Part shown: positions 1 to 11,320 of the stretch, one piece after another
Position numbering within the stretch: the stretch's first letter is position 1
Layout of the letters: each line of letters starts with the position of its first letter
Assembly: GCA_002633005.1 (NCBI GenBank)
Contig: NMRA01000011.1
Span: 1,624,555-1,688,554, forward strand
Direction: 5' to 3'
DNA: 64,000 nucleotides
From: Phoronis australis
Lineage: Eukaryota > Animalia > Phoronida
Notes under the pieces: model-generated
Told to the model about the DNA's origin: nothing
The model's input: only the letters and a program-made list of their open reading frames with translations
The model's database searches: none
Position numbers and translations under genes: made by a program

Positions 1-752
1 TTAGGGCATGTGAACGTGTTTTCCAGAATTTTATTTCGCTTTTCATACTGGGAATGGCACAGGTTTCGGATCAGCTGCGTTGACCGGAAGCAAACATGTA
101 TAAGTAGGTGACGACAACACGAGTCTCGTGCCTTTAATATTATTTAACTGAAATAACCACAGATGGTTTTATCTGCGTGGACTTCTTAAATCTCTGTAAA
201 AGAAAATCGCATAAGAACTTTCTTAATGGCTAAGGTATTGAAAATCTGATTAAACGTGATAATTATAAAACCTGACTTTTGCAGTATTTAGGTAACTGTT
301 TCCGGGAGTGCGTTCAGTAGGCGCAACAACCAGACGACAATGCAAGGATTCGCTAGATCTCGCCGTGTGTTAAAAGAGAAACAGGTAGATGATCACACTA
401 GCTTTTTGCTTATACGAAACTCACCCAAAGTACCGTGTTTTTAGGCATCACGCCTAAACTTTAATTTGTTCCATCAAGGACAAAGACGGCACTTGAAGGC
501 CACGTGGTTCAACAGTTTGATAGACAAAAGCTATGTGATCGATGATACACTTCCGATCAAGCATGCGCATTGATGCCCAAAGGTGGAATTGTGTGTATCG
601 TTCATCACGTTTCCACAGGGCCACTTTCCAGTACAGGTGGCGCTGTGTCAGAGGGTATGTATTTGTTGGCTCGTGGACCGGAAACACAGATTGTCCTCAT
701 ATAAATTATGAAGCTGTTCTAGTTTTATTAATAAGTCAATTTTTCACTTTGA

Positions 753-878
753 CATGGGCGGCGCACTATAGCCCCCCACTTTTTCAGTGCTGGGCCGCAC
801 GTGGTCTATAGGCGGTGCACCACAGAGGGGCTGAGGGGGCTTTAGCCCCCCACTTTTTTCAGAGCTGCGCCGCACATG
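753..878. mobile_element. MITE family A, copy 1
   Basis: Terminal inverted repeat (TIR) CATGGGCGGCGCA / TGCGCCGCACATG, 5-bp TSD TTTGA (748-752, 879-883); inverted copy at 52045-52172. Confidence 0.85.
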
Positions 879-1118
879 TTTGATACAAATCAAGAGTGAA
901 CTCTATGGAAAAGATGTGGCGATCTATGCGTGCAGCGCCACTAATTTAAGGTGGCTAAGATCCAATTTATTTTACACTGAGGATTATGTTTGTTAGAAAA
1001 TGTCATTAATTAACGAGGAGCTGACATTAAAGATTATATGATAGACAAAGATATCATCTGTGAGTAATGAACGACACGAAATACGCAGAAAACTTAGGAG
1101 ACTTAGTCAGTGCCGCAC

Positions 1119-1265
1119 ATAGGCGCAGCCAACAACCTTTTGGCATTTAAACGTAGCGCCTACGCACCTTAAGTTACGTTATTTTGGAGCGTAGGCGCAG
1201 CCAACCATCCTTTTACATCTTAACGTAGCTCCTACGCACAGTAAGTGACGTCATACTGGGGCGTA
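1119..1265. repeat. 72-bp tandem duplication
   Basis: taggcgcagccaac at 1119 and 1191, each followed by aacgtagc.cctacgcac..taagt.acgt. Confidence 0.8.
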
Positions 1266-1863
1266 ATCTTGGAACAATAGCTTACGGTATCGATGCACTG
1301 CTACGCTGACGATAGCAGTGTTGCCGAATATTCCGGTGCGCGTGACCGTAACAATTATGGTGTGATACCGTAAGAGGATAAAGGGGGACCGAAGGGCCAC
1401 AAGGACACATTCCCGATCGGCAAGATCTGTTTTAGGCTTGTTGCAAAGCTGTATACAAAATCTACAGCTTTGCGTCGATGTGGGTAAAAATGACTAAATA
1501 AAATCTGACTCAGAAATAGTGCCACTAAAAGCTGCACCGCTTTTTGAGTAAACCAAGTTATTTACCGGTGTAGCAAGAATTATCGTTCTACCGCTCATCT
1601 ACTGCTAAAATTGAAATGCGCTCTTGTGTGTCGGCGTTTTGCGATTACGTCACCTGACCTGAACAGTTTCGTTACCCCCCCCCCCCCGTTAAGTGTTCTT
1701 TGCTTCCACGAGGTTGCGTACTGTCGCAACAAATTGTCGGAACTGGTTTCATTTCGTTACAAGCTATTAGCATTTTTAAGACCAGCAAACCGAATTTAGA
1801 ACAAACTTTACTGCTGCGAAGCTGTCATCATGACCCAAAAGAAGTCACAAAATTTTAGTACTG

Positions 1864-2243
1864 CGCGTGCGCGTGTCACGAGCGTAGGCCTGTTTTTACA
1901 ACGACGACAGACTTTGATACACAACTCAAAAGGCGCAGAGTAATGCTAGAAATGACGTTTATTAGATTGTTCTTCTCGTAAACGACTGGCAACGGGCAAG
2001 GTGAGTGTCCGACTTGTCTCCCAGATTTTGCATGCACCCCGGCCGTCGGTCGTTGGCTCTGAATCACAAGCGCTTGAGTTTATCTGTTCCTCAATCACGA
2101 CTGACGACACTATGAGTCATTAAGAAATTCGAGCGCCTGTGCTCTGAATGAGATTTAGTCTATAGTCTACGGCTTAACTGAGCTCACAGTGTTACCTTGC
2201 TGTATTTTGGCGATAGTCTTCAAACAGCTAGCTGGCTGCCTAC
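1864..2243. repeat. Dispersed repeat, copy 1 (copy 2 at 13687-14001)
   Basis: Collinear blocks gtgcgcgtgtc, attagattgt, aacgggcaag, cccagatt..gcatgcacccc, cgatagtcttc..tagctggct. Confidence 0.75.
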
Positions 2244-3199
2244 AAAAAAAATCTGCAGTGTGCGCTTCGACATTTCGTGTTACTGTTCAGGCCCAGAGTA
2301 AACGGAATCCGGCCAAAATCCGGAATATTCTGTCTGATGTTGTGTTGCTATTAAATTGTTTTGGTTGACCGAGTCAAAATGGCGGCGATTAGGCTACGGG
2401 TTGCAGCGACTTATTTTGAATTTTGAGTTTCTAATATAACGTTTTCAATGAATTTAATTATAATTGCACTGTACGGAGAGATCAAGCTGATATGTGTTGT
2501 AACGTTTCCAATTATTTTGCACCAAATTAAACGGTCACCTTTACCAATACGGGAACACACACTCGACAGCCGCCCGTAGCTTTCACACCTTCGGCTTCAA
2601 AAAGACATGAATGTAAAGTTCCTAACATTAAAGTTTTTGTATCAAGCACATTACTCTTTATTATAAACATTGTGAAATTGTCGATTACAATTCAGACGAA
2701 GCGTTTTGTTTTTCCGGCTGTTCCGACGGCCACAGTCACACTCCCGGGGATTCCCATACGGGCCCGTATTAGAACATGTGCTAAATAATTGATTTTGATC
2801 AATATTAATATTAACTGGCATGAAATGAAAAATTAATGTGTTTCCTTGATTTTCCTCGTATTTTGCACTAAATTAAATGGCCAGTCATCGCTGATTCCAA
2901 TACTATAGAGACACGGTGAAAGCCAAATTCGTGGTAACGATGATGTCATAGACTTAGATTGACGCGAGCGCCGTCTCATGTTTTTGGCGCTAAATGGGGT
3001 TCGTGATGGGGCTACTGTACTGTCGAAGGCCTAGTTGATTAACGACTGGGGTATGCTATGACACATTATTTTGATGTTTTTCATCAATAACTGTATTTTA
3101 GTCATTTTGGCACCATACTTGGCCTTTAAAATCCAGGTGACAAGGTGATACGGTGGGCCTACTTACCTCTGATTTTACCACTACAGCATTGGACTTAGT

Positions 3200-3460
3200 C
3201 GAGTCCATTTCATGCAACTGGGCACAAAAAACATGTCTGACCCGATTTGGTACTAGTGTTTCATGCAAACGGGCGCATAAGACCTGTCTGATCCCATTTA
3301 GGACTAGTGTTTCATGCAACCGGGCACATTAGCCCTATTTGATCCGATTTCGATTTAGTGTTTCATTCAACCGGATCCCACAAACCCTGTCTGGGCTCAT
3401 TTGGGACCAGTGCTTCATACAAGTCTAGTCTGAATTGGGACTAGTGTTTCATGAAACCGG
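3200..3460. repeat. 51-bp minisatellite, about 5 degenerate units
   Basis: tttcatgcaa at 3208, 3259 and 3310; the tagtgtttcat core recurs to ~3450. Confidence 0.85.
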
Positions 3461-4059
3461 ACAGACGAAACGGTCTATTTGTGTAGGTGTAGTAGCATCG
3501 CCAATCGATACAGGGCGATTCATAATGAGCGAGCTTCAAACAGAAACTATCGTCACATCAAGTTAAAAAAGCACGCGAACTGTAACCACTATGTGGCGAA
3601 GTTTTGATAAAGAACTCAAAGGCGTACATGCAGGAAGCGGGGGATTTCTGAGCAGTGAATGCTGTCTTCAGTATTTACCTACACCCGTGAAATAGGCCTA
3701 ATATGTAAAAATGAAAAGTTTACCTTATGAAAAATCTAATTCAGTACATTGTTTTGCTGACAGCCTACAATACATTGTACTTGCCAACCATCCCGCTCTA
3801 GGTGGACAATCCCAGTTTTTGAATTTTTGCTGCCATACCGCCACACCATCAAAATGTCCTGCTTTCCGACACACGGCTTCACTGACATATTGCCATATAG
3901 CACTGTAATTTCCCGCGCGGCATACATGTAGCACTACACGCAAAAGCCAACCAGCAGTTTGCAAGGTCAAGAAAGGAAACTAGTATTCGCACTTCGTTGA
4001 GCATCATGCTAGAGTTTCCGGTCGCCAGGAAGATGCTAAGTGATGTTCAGACTTTGGAA

Positions 4060-4400
4060 AGACTATATCTAACAATCCCAGACACAACAGACTTAGCGGA
4101 AAGATGCGTCTCGTCACGCAAACACTTAAGTCATATCTGAGGTTGATCACGACACAGGAAAGATTGAATAACCCGATTCTTCTTCTTGTCCACAAGGAAT
4201 CGACAGATTCACTTTTTCTATGTGACGTAGCACGAGAATTTGTTTCGGCCAACGACAGGAGGGCTGCGTTCCTCGGCCACGTCTCTTACGATAGTATCAA
4301 GTACCTGACGGTGCCTGTTGTTTATGTGCAGTTTGGAATAAAGCAAATTCTTTCCCCATTTTGCCTTGTAATTCTTCCGGTAAGTGACAATGCGCGCAGA
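4060..4400 (-). pseudogene. Possible highly decayed hAT transposase C-terminal (dimerisation) region
   Basis: Fragments EFALFQ, LRHIEKVNLSIPCGQEEE and HLSAKSVVS in shifting frames loosely resemble LSIPxxNAxxERxFS..RxxLS. Confidence 0.28.
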
Positions 4401-6007
4401 TTTAAACAAGACTTAAATAACAGCTCATGACACGACAACAATCTTTCCTCTTAGTAGACATCAAACCTTCAGCATTTGCTTACTTCGCCTTTCGGCAGTT
4501 GAAAATTCCTTTTAACTTAAGGGTAATTCAATAATACAGTGCAAGTTAATGGAGCAAGAAATAAAAGTTTAGATTTTTTGCATTGTTAGACAAACAAACA
4601 ACTTACTGTCAGGATGTCAACTCTCACCCCCCCCCCCCTCACCCCACCCCGACCTTGCTATGTTTGTGAGAATGAGAATGTATGAACGTTAGAGGCCTTT
4701 GCAGTAAATTTAGGCAGTTATTTTTCCGACAATTTACATGTTGTTCTGCATGGATGGATCCTGGAGAACTTGGAATAACACTGGTGTGTTCATTGTTTCA
4801 CTTTATAGTTACAATAATCTCCATCAATAGAGACTTGAAGATGACCTGTGACGATTATCGAATTTTGAGTTTCGTGTTTAATAGAGGACGCTAGTGGTTG
4901 CAAGCAACTGCTCAGTTGTGTTGTTTGTCGCGTGAGAGTCGCTACCAAAGCTCATCTCACTCTTAGCCTACTGAACCGGAACAAGGCTAGTCTACTCTGA
5001 CTGGCCGACTGGTAAAAAATCCAGACATGGTACTGTGTACCTGTACTTGTACACGTGACTTTCAGTTTTGCAGGTCAGACGGCGATGCATCTGCTCTTAA
5101 ACAGTACGTCTACTGCTTGCCCGGGTTATTCATTTCTAAGCAACTTATTCGGATTGGATCAGCTACCGGAGATTTCCCGAAAAATCCCAGCTGGGGCACA
5201 CCCCTCCCTTCCAAGCAAGGGGAGTTCTCAAAAATACAGTCATACTTGCCAGGTTATTGGGTTTTCAAAGCGGATTTGACCATTTCGGAAAAGCTATTAT
5301 GGTATAATTTTGCCCAGATCATTCCAAAATTGTTTTAGGGATTTCAATCAGTTAAACCTAAATTTCGCCCTGGTTAGCAGGCTAAAAAGAGGGTCAACGA
5401 GGTGGGGGTGAAATGGTGGCGACAGGGAACGAATATTTTGAATCTGTCGCCATTTGTGTTCAAGTCGAAAATATGTCCGGCGCCGGCAGTCAGGAAGTCG
5501 GCGATAAGCCTGAAGCAACTGTTACTTAGACTCACTTAGGGGGATACTTGGGGGGCGTAGTACAGAAGTGGAGTGACTTTTCACCAGTAATTATAGATTA
5601 CCATTTATCAATGCATTTTCAAACCTGTGGATAAGGCTATTCTACTTTTAGCAGTGATTCAAGTAAACATAAACACAAGCATGTCATTAAACTACCCGGG
5701 AATTTCGAAATCCACTCTGTAGGCCCGTGAGGCCATGAATAGTTGGCCCTGGTCCCTGTTCTTTTAATTTTTTTTCATTTGTTCATGTATTCAAAATAAG
5801 GAAAAGTCCACCTTGGACGATTAACAATTTTTACAAATTAGGATAGAGTTCTTTCTTTGCGGTTTCATATAGCCTAGGGTTAATTAACCATTATTTAGGG
5901 GGGTCACCGTTCGCAACCCTTGAGCATTTTTCAAGTATGCTAATTAGGGTCGCAATTATGCAAAAACCTATTTTTATTTTTTACCAAGCACTGCAAGCGT
6001 TTTCACC

Positions 6008-6445
6008 CATGGTCAGTAAATTCAATAGTGCGAGTTTTTTGGTGGTAGATTCATCGTCAATTTGCATAATTTATGCAAATTAAGACCACCAAAATTCAAA
6101 ATTCTTCTTGGGGTTATACTACGGTACTAGGCACCACACATGAATTATCATGATATTTGCACATATATTCATATGGTCAGTTAGTTTAATGAAATCAGTT
6201 TGTATGTTGTTGCATGATAAATTTGCGTAATTAATGCAAATTTGCATAATTAGTGCAAATTAGGTCCGCCATTATTCAAAATCTTTCTTGACTGTGCATA
6301 TAAGTGCGGTACCAAGTACCACAGGTAAACTATCATGATATTTGAACCTATGTTCCTTTGGTCAATTAGGTTAATGAAATCAGTTTGCAAGTTGCATGGT
6401 CAATTTGTATAATTTATGCAAATAAAAGCAGTCATTATTAAAAAT
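6008..6445. repeat. Degenerate ~165-185 bp tandem repeat (about 2.5 units) with octamer palindromes
   Basis: Recurrent tggtca...ttaatgaaatcagtttg...atttgcataatttatgcaaat; units start near 6010, 6174 and 6359. Confidence 0.8.
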
Positions 6446-6699
6446 CTGTTTTTGCTCGTAACTTTCTTATGGGGTCACTAAATGTAGATTATTTTGGCAT
6501 TTGCTGTCATTACATCATAATTATAAATAATCTGTAATTTATTACTCAAATTACAAATTCTAGTTTTGTTTGCTACCCAGGGTAGATCTAGTAGACGATC
6601 AAATTGTTTAATTGCATAGTCCCTGGACAATAACTTATCGAATAGGGCACAACCACAATATGTTTCAAATGGTAATTCAAAACTCAAAACGTGAGCACA

Positions 6700-8030
6700 C
6701 TACTGTATAACACTCCCAAAATATTGTGTGGGGTACACAATTGATGCTGCAACATCATATCTACATGTACTTGAACGACATGGAATCTGACCTTTGCAGC
6801 AACACCTATCCATCTCCAATATGCAACAGCGGCGAGTTGGACACCATTCGGAGTTGTAGATGGTGAGAGCGATTAGTTTATGGCTAAGTTCTTCCCTCCC
6901 GTAGTCCTCTGGATCTAATGCTGTGACCTTCCACCACATTATCGACTGGCAATGGGCTCTGTTTACATTCTCTGTAAATTTCTCTGTTGTCGGTTACAAA
7001 GTACACAGTTTGGGGGCGGACGTGTATATCCCTCGCCGATTTTCGTCCACACACTAGCAGTCTGGTTCCTGAAATCTTCTAGGTTCTCTTCATTCCATTA
7101 CAGGCACACATACATAAAGGGGCCTGTTATATTACATCAGAAAAATGCGCATTAATAGTTCCGATGGCAGACAGGTCATGTCCAGCCTTACGAATATTTT
7201 AACGATGGATCCCTTTCCAACTCTATAGTAGCATGCCACCGTGTAAAGCCCTACAGCGCATGGGTATGGAGGAGACCATATCACAGCATGTTTCCACTGT
7301 CAACTTAATCGTTACTTCTACGCTTATTGGGTGATTTCATGGTTGTGGTATTTGAAGCTGTTCCTTGTCATAGTAATACACACAAAGCACAAATACATTT
7401 GCGTCATCCGAAACAACTGAAAATTCACTAACGTCACATGAACATTTCTAGTCCTGCTGGAGAGGCTTCTTCGTGAGATGTCTCCAGATAATAACAGCTG
7501 CCAATGTCCTTGTACTATATTAAAGGACTGGGCTCTTCATCAGTGATTACCTACTTGAGTACGACACGTACTGCTAGCCTTTCTCGAGGTTTGATAACAT
7601 TGCCAGCCCAATGCTTATTGTTTCATGTACATCAACTGTTGGAGAAACAATCCTGTCACTGCTAATGTTCAGTACTGCGTCTTTGGGATGGACCTTGCGA
7701 TCCAGTTGATCGATGCAGGCCGGGTATCTACTTTTCGTGCACTATCCTGGGCATCTGCATCAAGACGTGCCTTACTTTCTTCCGTGTGGTAGGTTTCAGT
7801 ACAAGATGCAATGTTGTCGCTCTCCGTCTCCCTAAGACCAGTTTTAATGTTGTAGGACAACTTTTTTAGAGCTTAAGAATCTCTTCTTTGAGGGCAATTC
7901 CCTGCTATTCCTCAACTACAGTGTCCGTACCTTATGAACTGATCGTTCCGAGCCCCAGTCTAGCATTCACCCATGTCATTAAACTAACCTGCGTTTTTGT
8001 ATGATCTGTGGGAGCGTAGGGTAATTTAAG
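6700..8030 (-). pseudogene. Academ transposase/XPG-nuclease pseudogene fragments
   Basis: Motifs listed above, broken by many stops and frameshifts; partly captured by ORFs 6700..6939 and 7669..7860. Confidence 0.75.
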
Positions 8031-8345
8031 GTCTCAAACTGCTGAGCACACACTACACAAAATATTTTCTAACTTCATATTCAAAGAAGAGATTCTGCAC
8101 ATTTATCATGCTACAACCTGCAAACAGATTTCATTAAGTTCCTTGACCCAGAAACCTGGGTGCAAATATTACTATCTAACCTCTGATGTCTGATGCAGCC
8201 GTTATAAGCAAAAGTAGAGTTGCGAATATGGTAGCTGTAGTTCACCTGTGGTGTTTGACATTGTAGCCATTAGAAGAAGTAAAATTTTGAATAATGGCAG
8301 CAGTAGTATAGTAAAAGGTTTAGACGCCCCGTTTGAGAGGGTCTC

Positions 8346-8466
8346 GGGTCAAAGGTCATCAGTGCGAAAGGAAACGGTCAAAGGTCACGTGAGATAACTG
8401 CAATCGGAAGAGACACAATCCGTCTACCGGACGGATGTGTCAATGACGTCACACTCCATGACGTAA
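8346..8466. promoter_or_regulatory. DR1 x2 / E-box / CRE cluster just inside the putative Polinton end
   Basis: GGGTCAaAGGTCA 8346-8358, CGGTCAaAGGTCA 8375-8387, CACGTG 8386-8391, TGACGTCA 8444-8451, TGACGTAA 8459-8466. Confidence 0.5.
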
Positions 8467-9571
8467 TAGGTTTAATTATCCCCGTTAGAGAGGCACCTCG
8501 ATGGGTTCGTGGACCGTTTTTGCGGCTCCTCGCAACGGATCGAGAACCGAAACAAAAGAGGGATGACGCTGCTGAATAAGAACAAGACTTATTTCATGTG
8601 CGCCAAGTGTCGTCGTTGGATCTCATTGATCAAAAACAAAGGTGTATATATACAAAGGGTATAACCACCCAACTCAACAACAGATGTCGCTTAAAGTGTA
8701 ACCCAGGACTCAAGCGAATGCCATGAATAAGATGCGACCAGCTTACACAGAACATAAAACTGATAGTGTTTAAACGTGTATTAATGACAAAGAACGAATA
8801 CTCTACAAAAATCATCAACGTTTCTGTGGTCACAAATTCAACTTTGAACCTAAGCTTAGGTTATAAACTGCGCAGATACTGTTACTTAAAGTACTGTTAA
8901 CGTTTCTCCACCTTCACAAATTTGACTAAGCTCTGTTGATCGGTATCTTTAAGATTGATGTTGTTTTCATATACTTACAGACCAACCAGCTTTCCAGTAA
9001 GCTCTGTTAGAATTTGAATGTGTCTACGACAATGATTTTCATAGAAGCGAGTTCAAAATTAAAAGCATGCACGTCCCAGGGTCGTGCAAAGTGGAAGAAG
9101 CTGCAATGCCCAGCTGTTGATTAGATACAAACCCTGCAACAGTATTTGAATAGATGAAATATGCTTCTGCTAGTCACATTCCCGCATTTCTTCGCTTTCT
9201 TCTGAAGTTGGTCCACAGGCTGTACTTGAAACTTGCACTTTTTTCCCGTCCCGAAGAAATAATGGTGGCGTAATTTTGTTAATCGACTGGGTTATCTGCA
9301 ACTAGTAATCAGTTTTGTTTGCGCAAGTGAACACTTTTGTTTATTCGTTCTGTACCTTTACTCATCAGCCTAAAATCAGAGAAACGCTTGAATTGCCCAA
9401 TGCATGCATTTATTTAAGCACACTCACTGGTTAAAATTCAGCTCACGGAAGAAAAGTGGTGTCTGTGAGAAATACATGGATATGCAGCGTACGTATTTTA
9501 TACTATCTAAAAAACAACAAAAAAGAAAAGCGCTCAGCACGGAGCTTATAAGTTAGTCCATTAGGTTCTAC

Positions 9572-10574
9572 CTATTCATATTCGGCGGCAATGCAGCACA
9601 ACATTCTTTGCCATCGTGGAACGACACTGTGGCCTTTGGAAGAAGGGCTTGTGGAGACTTTGGTAGTGCGGTCATTTTTTCTGAAAGTCGTTTTCAATTT
9701 CTTGAAAAAACCCTGTTTAACATTTTGTGCATCATTAGCGGAAGCGGAGGTGCTGGTGTTCTTCGAAACGTCAAGGCTGACTGCATCACAAGATGTCGCA
9801 TTGTTGGGCAATTCTGCGACACCATATGGGTTGCCGGCATCCTCACGAATGTATACGTCACCCGATTTGTCGGTGCGAGATGTCCTCAGCATCGCGTTGA
9901 GGGCTACAGAAGCTTCTTGTGACATGTTTGGCAGGGCAAATTGCACCCTGGAATAACGCCGCGGGACCAGTGGGCTTGAGGTTTTCCAGAAGCCGACCGT
10001 GAACGCTGTCTAGTTTGTAAGGAATTGGAGATCTAACGATGGTCTCTTCGACATCAGTACCGTTTTCCCCTACCTGAGTTTTCTCTGGCTTGTTAGCACT
10101 GCATGTAGCCGACATTAGATCTTTTCTCTCCAGTAAATGGGGCTCTACGGTTTCACATGCGTTGTTCGATTTTTGTCGCCTTCTTCGTCTTGCATTCTAT
10201 GAAATACTCGATGGGGCTAATTGCTTGTGGGTTAGGCGGTTTGCCTCAGATTTTCGGCATAACAACTCACCCTGATAGCAACGCAAGTCATTTATGTATC
10301 CTTCGTAGATTTCTTTTACTCTAATATCAGGTTCCGCTTCATGGAGGGCGATAGCAGCGTCCAGTACTTCGGCGAACCATTTTTTATCGTCGATGTTTGT
10401 GCAATGGTCTGCGTTACCGAACGTGAAGCTCCACACAAAAGATACTACTTTATCAGTCATTCTTAAAACAGAGTGGGAAATACAACTAACACACCACACT
10501 AAATATAATGTCATATCTTCGAGCAAATTTTCTAATTTCCATCCGGTAGCCATTTGTAGGTCCATTATACACAT
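9572..10574 (-). pseudogene. Disrupted intronless ORF of unknown function (~330 codons, one in-frame stop and one frameshift)
   Basis: ORFs 10574..10197 and 10115..9858 are in one frame separated by a single TAG; 9946..9572 continues in another frame. Minus-strand AATAAA at 9414-9409. Confidence 0.45.
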
Positions 10575-10895
10575 GAATAATGATTACGTACAATGTACGT
10601 CAACAATAGCAAGACGTCACAAATCAAAGATGTCACTGATGTCGAAAAAGTCTCAAAGTTTGCTAACTTTTTGTAAGACAATCACCGACGTTGAGACGAT
10701 TATAACATTTCAACTGCGACTTGTTTGTTATGAAAATTGGTGTTATTTTGTCGACCAACAGTTCCCGCGCAATTTTCTCAGATTTTTAAAAACTAAGAAA
10801 ATTGTTATTAAAATAACAAATTTCAACCAACATTAAACTACCTTTAAATATGCATAATCTCATTAAATTGAAAATGAAGGACTAAATTTAGACTC

Positions 10896-11012
10896 GTCGA
10901 CTACATCGGGGACGGAACCTACGAATTGGAGATGAAAAAGAAGACCATCCGCCTGAACCTGCCGCTCCAAATAGGCTTCTTTGTTTATCAGTAGGCGAAG
11001 TTGCGCATGTTG
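10896..11012 (+). pseudogene. Fragment of Polinton-type protein-primed DNA polymerase B
   Basis: Translates VDYIGDGTYELEMKKKTIRLNLPLQIGFFVYQ*AKLRML, matching the P-x-x-IGFF-x-x-QYAKLRML segment of Polinton pPolB. The Tyr codon is replaced by TAG at 10992-10994. Confidence 0.8.
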
Positions 11013-11320
11013 GACCCCCCATCCGAGGAAAAGGTCCAGCCATAGCCTATCCGATAGGAAAAGATAGGATTTACTAAATGGACAAGAAATTGTCGTAACT
11101 ACAAGTTCTACTAACTACAATCATTACCAAGTTAATATCAATTTTGCACTGAAAATCCCCGCATGTTCACATTATTAGGTAAGTCTACTAGACCTCATTA
11201 AAATCTTAATCAATGAAGGAAGTCTTCTCTTGTCAATCAGTGTCTATGGTGCACAGCTTCTCAGGTTTCATACGAGCAACAATTTTGATTGAAAAGATTT
11301 CCAAGGTTACATGTACATGA

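Larger units (their letters stand above)
5896..8300 (-). mobile_element. Internally deleted, degenerate Academ (AcademX-like) DNA transposon
   Basis: Minus-strand remnants in the expected order: FIRYGH (7938-7921), HTEESKARLDAD, LETSHEEA (7487-7464), VVSDDANVFVL (~7417-7385), HAL*G..TVACYYRVGKG (~7262-7205), SAPKLCTL*PTTEKFTENVNRAHCQ (~7022-6945), Cys-rich tail (~6825-6760). This fits a transposase + XPG-like nuclease + Cys8 architecture. Inverted arms 6268-6400 vs 8095-8298. The left end at TAGGGGGG (5896) is tentative. Confidence 0.75.
8302..11015. mobile_element. Probable truncated Polinton/Maverick remnant
   Basis: Begins AGTAGTATAGTAAAAGG exactly where the Academ arm stops; AGTAGT is a typical Polinton terminus. 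Ends in a pPolB fragment. No matching right terminus or target-site duplication (TSD) was found, so treating it as one element is an inference. Confidence 0.5.

Noticed and set aside
454-687. 77-aa minus ORF with a faint Helitron-Rep-like feel (RHLY..LWKRDERY)
   Set aside because: Too few diagnostic residues, no ATG start, no neighbouring exons.
8519-8663. Short Cys-containing frame (FCGSSQ..FMCAKCRRW) as a Polinton small zinc-finger gene
   Set aside because: No in-frame start before the first Cys and the first CxxC is incomplete.
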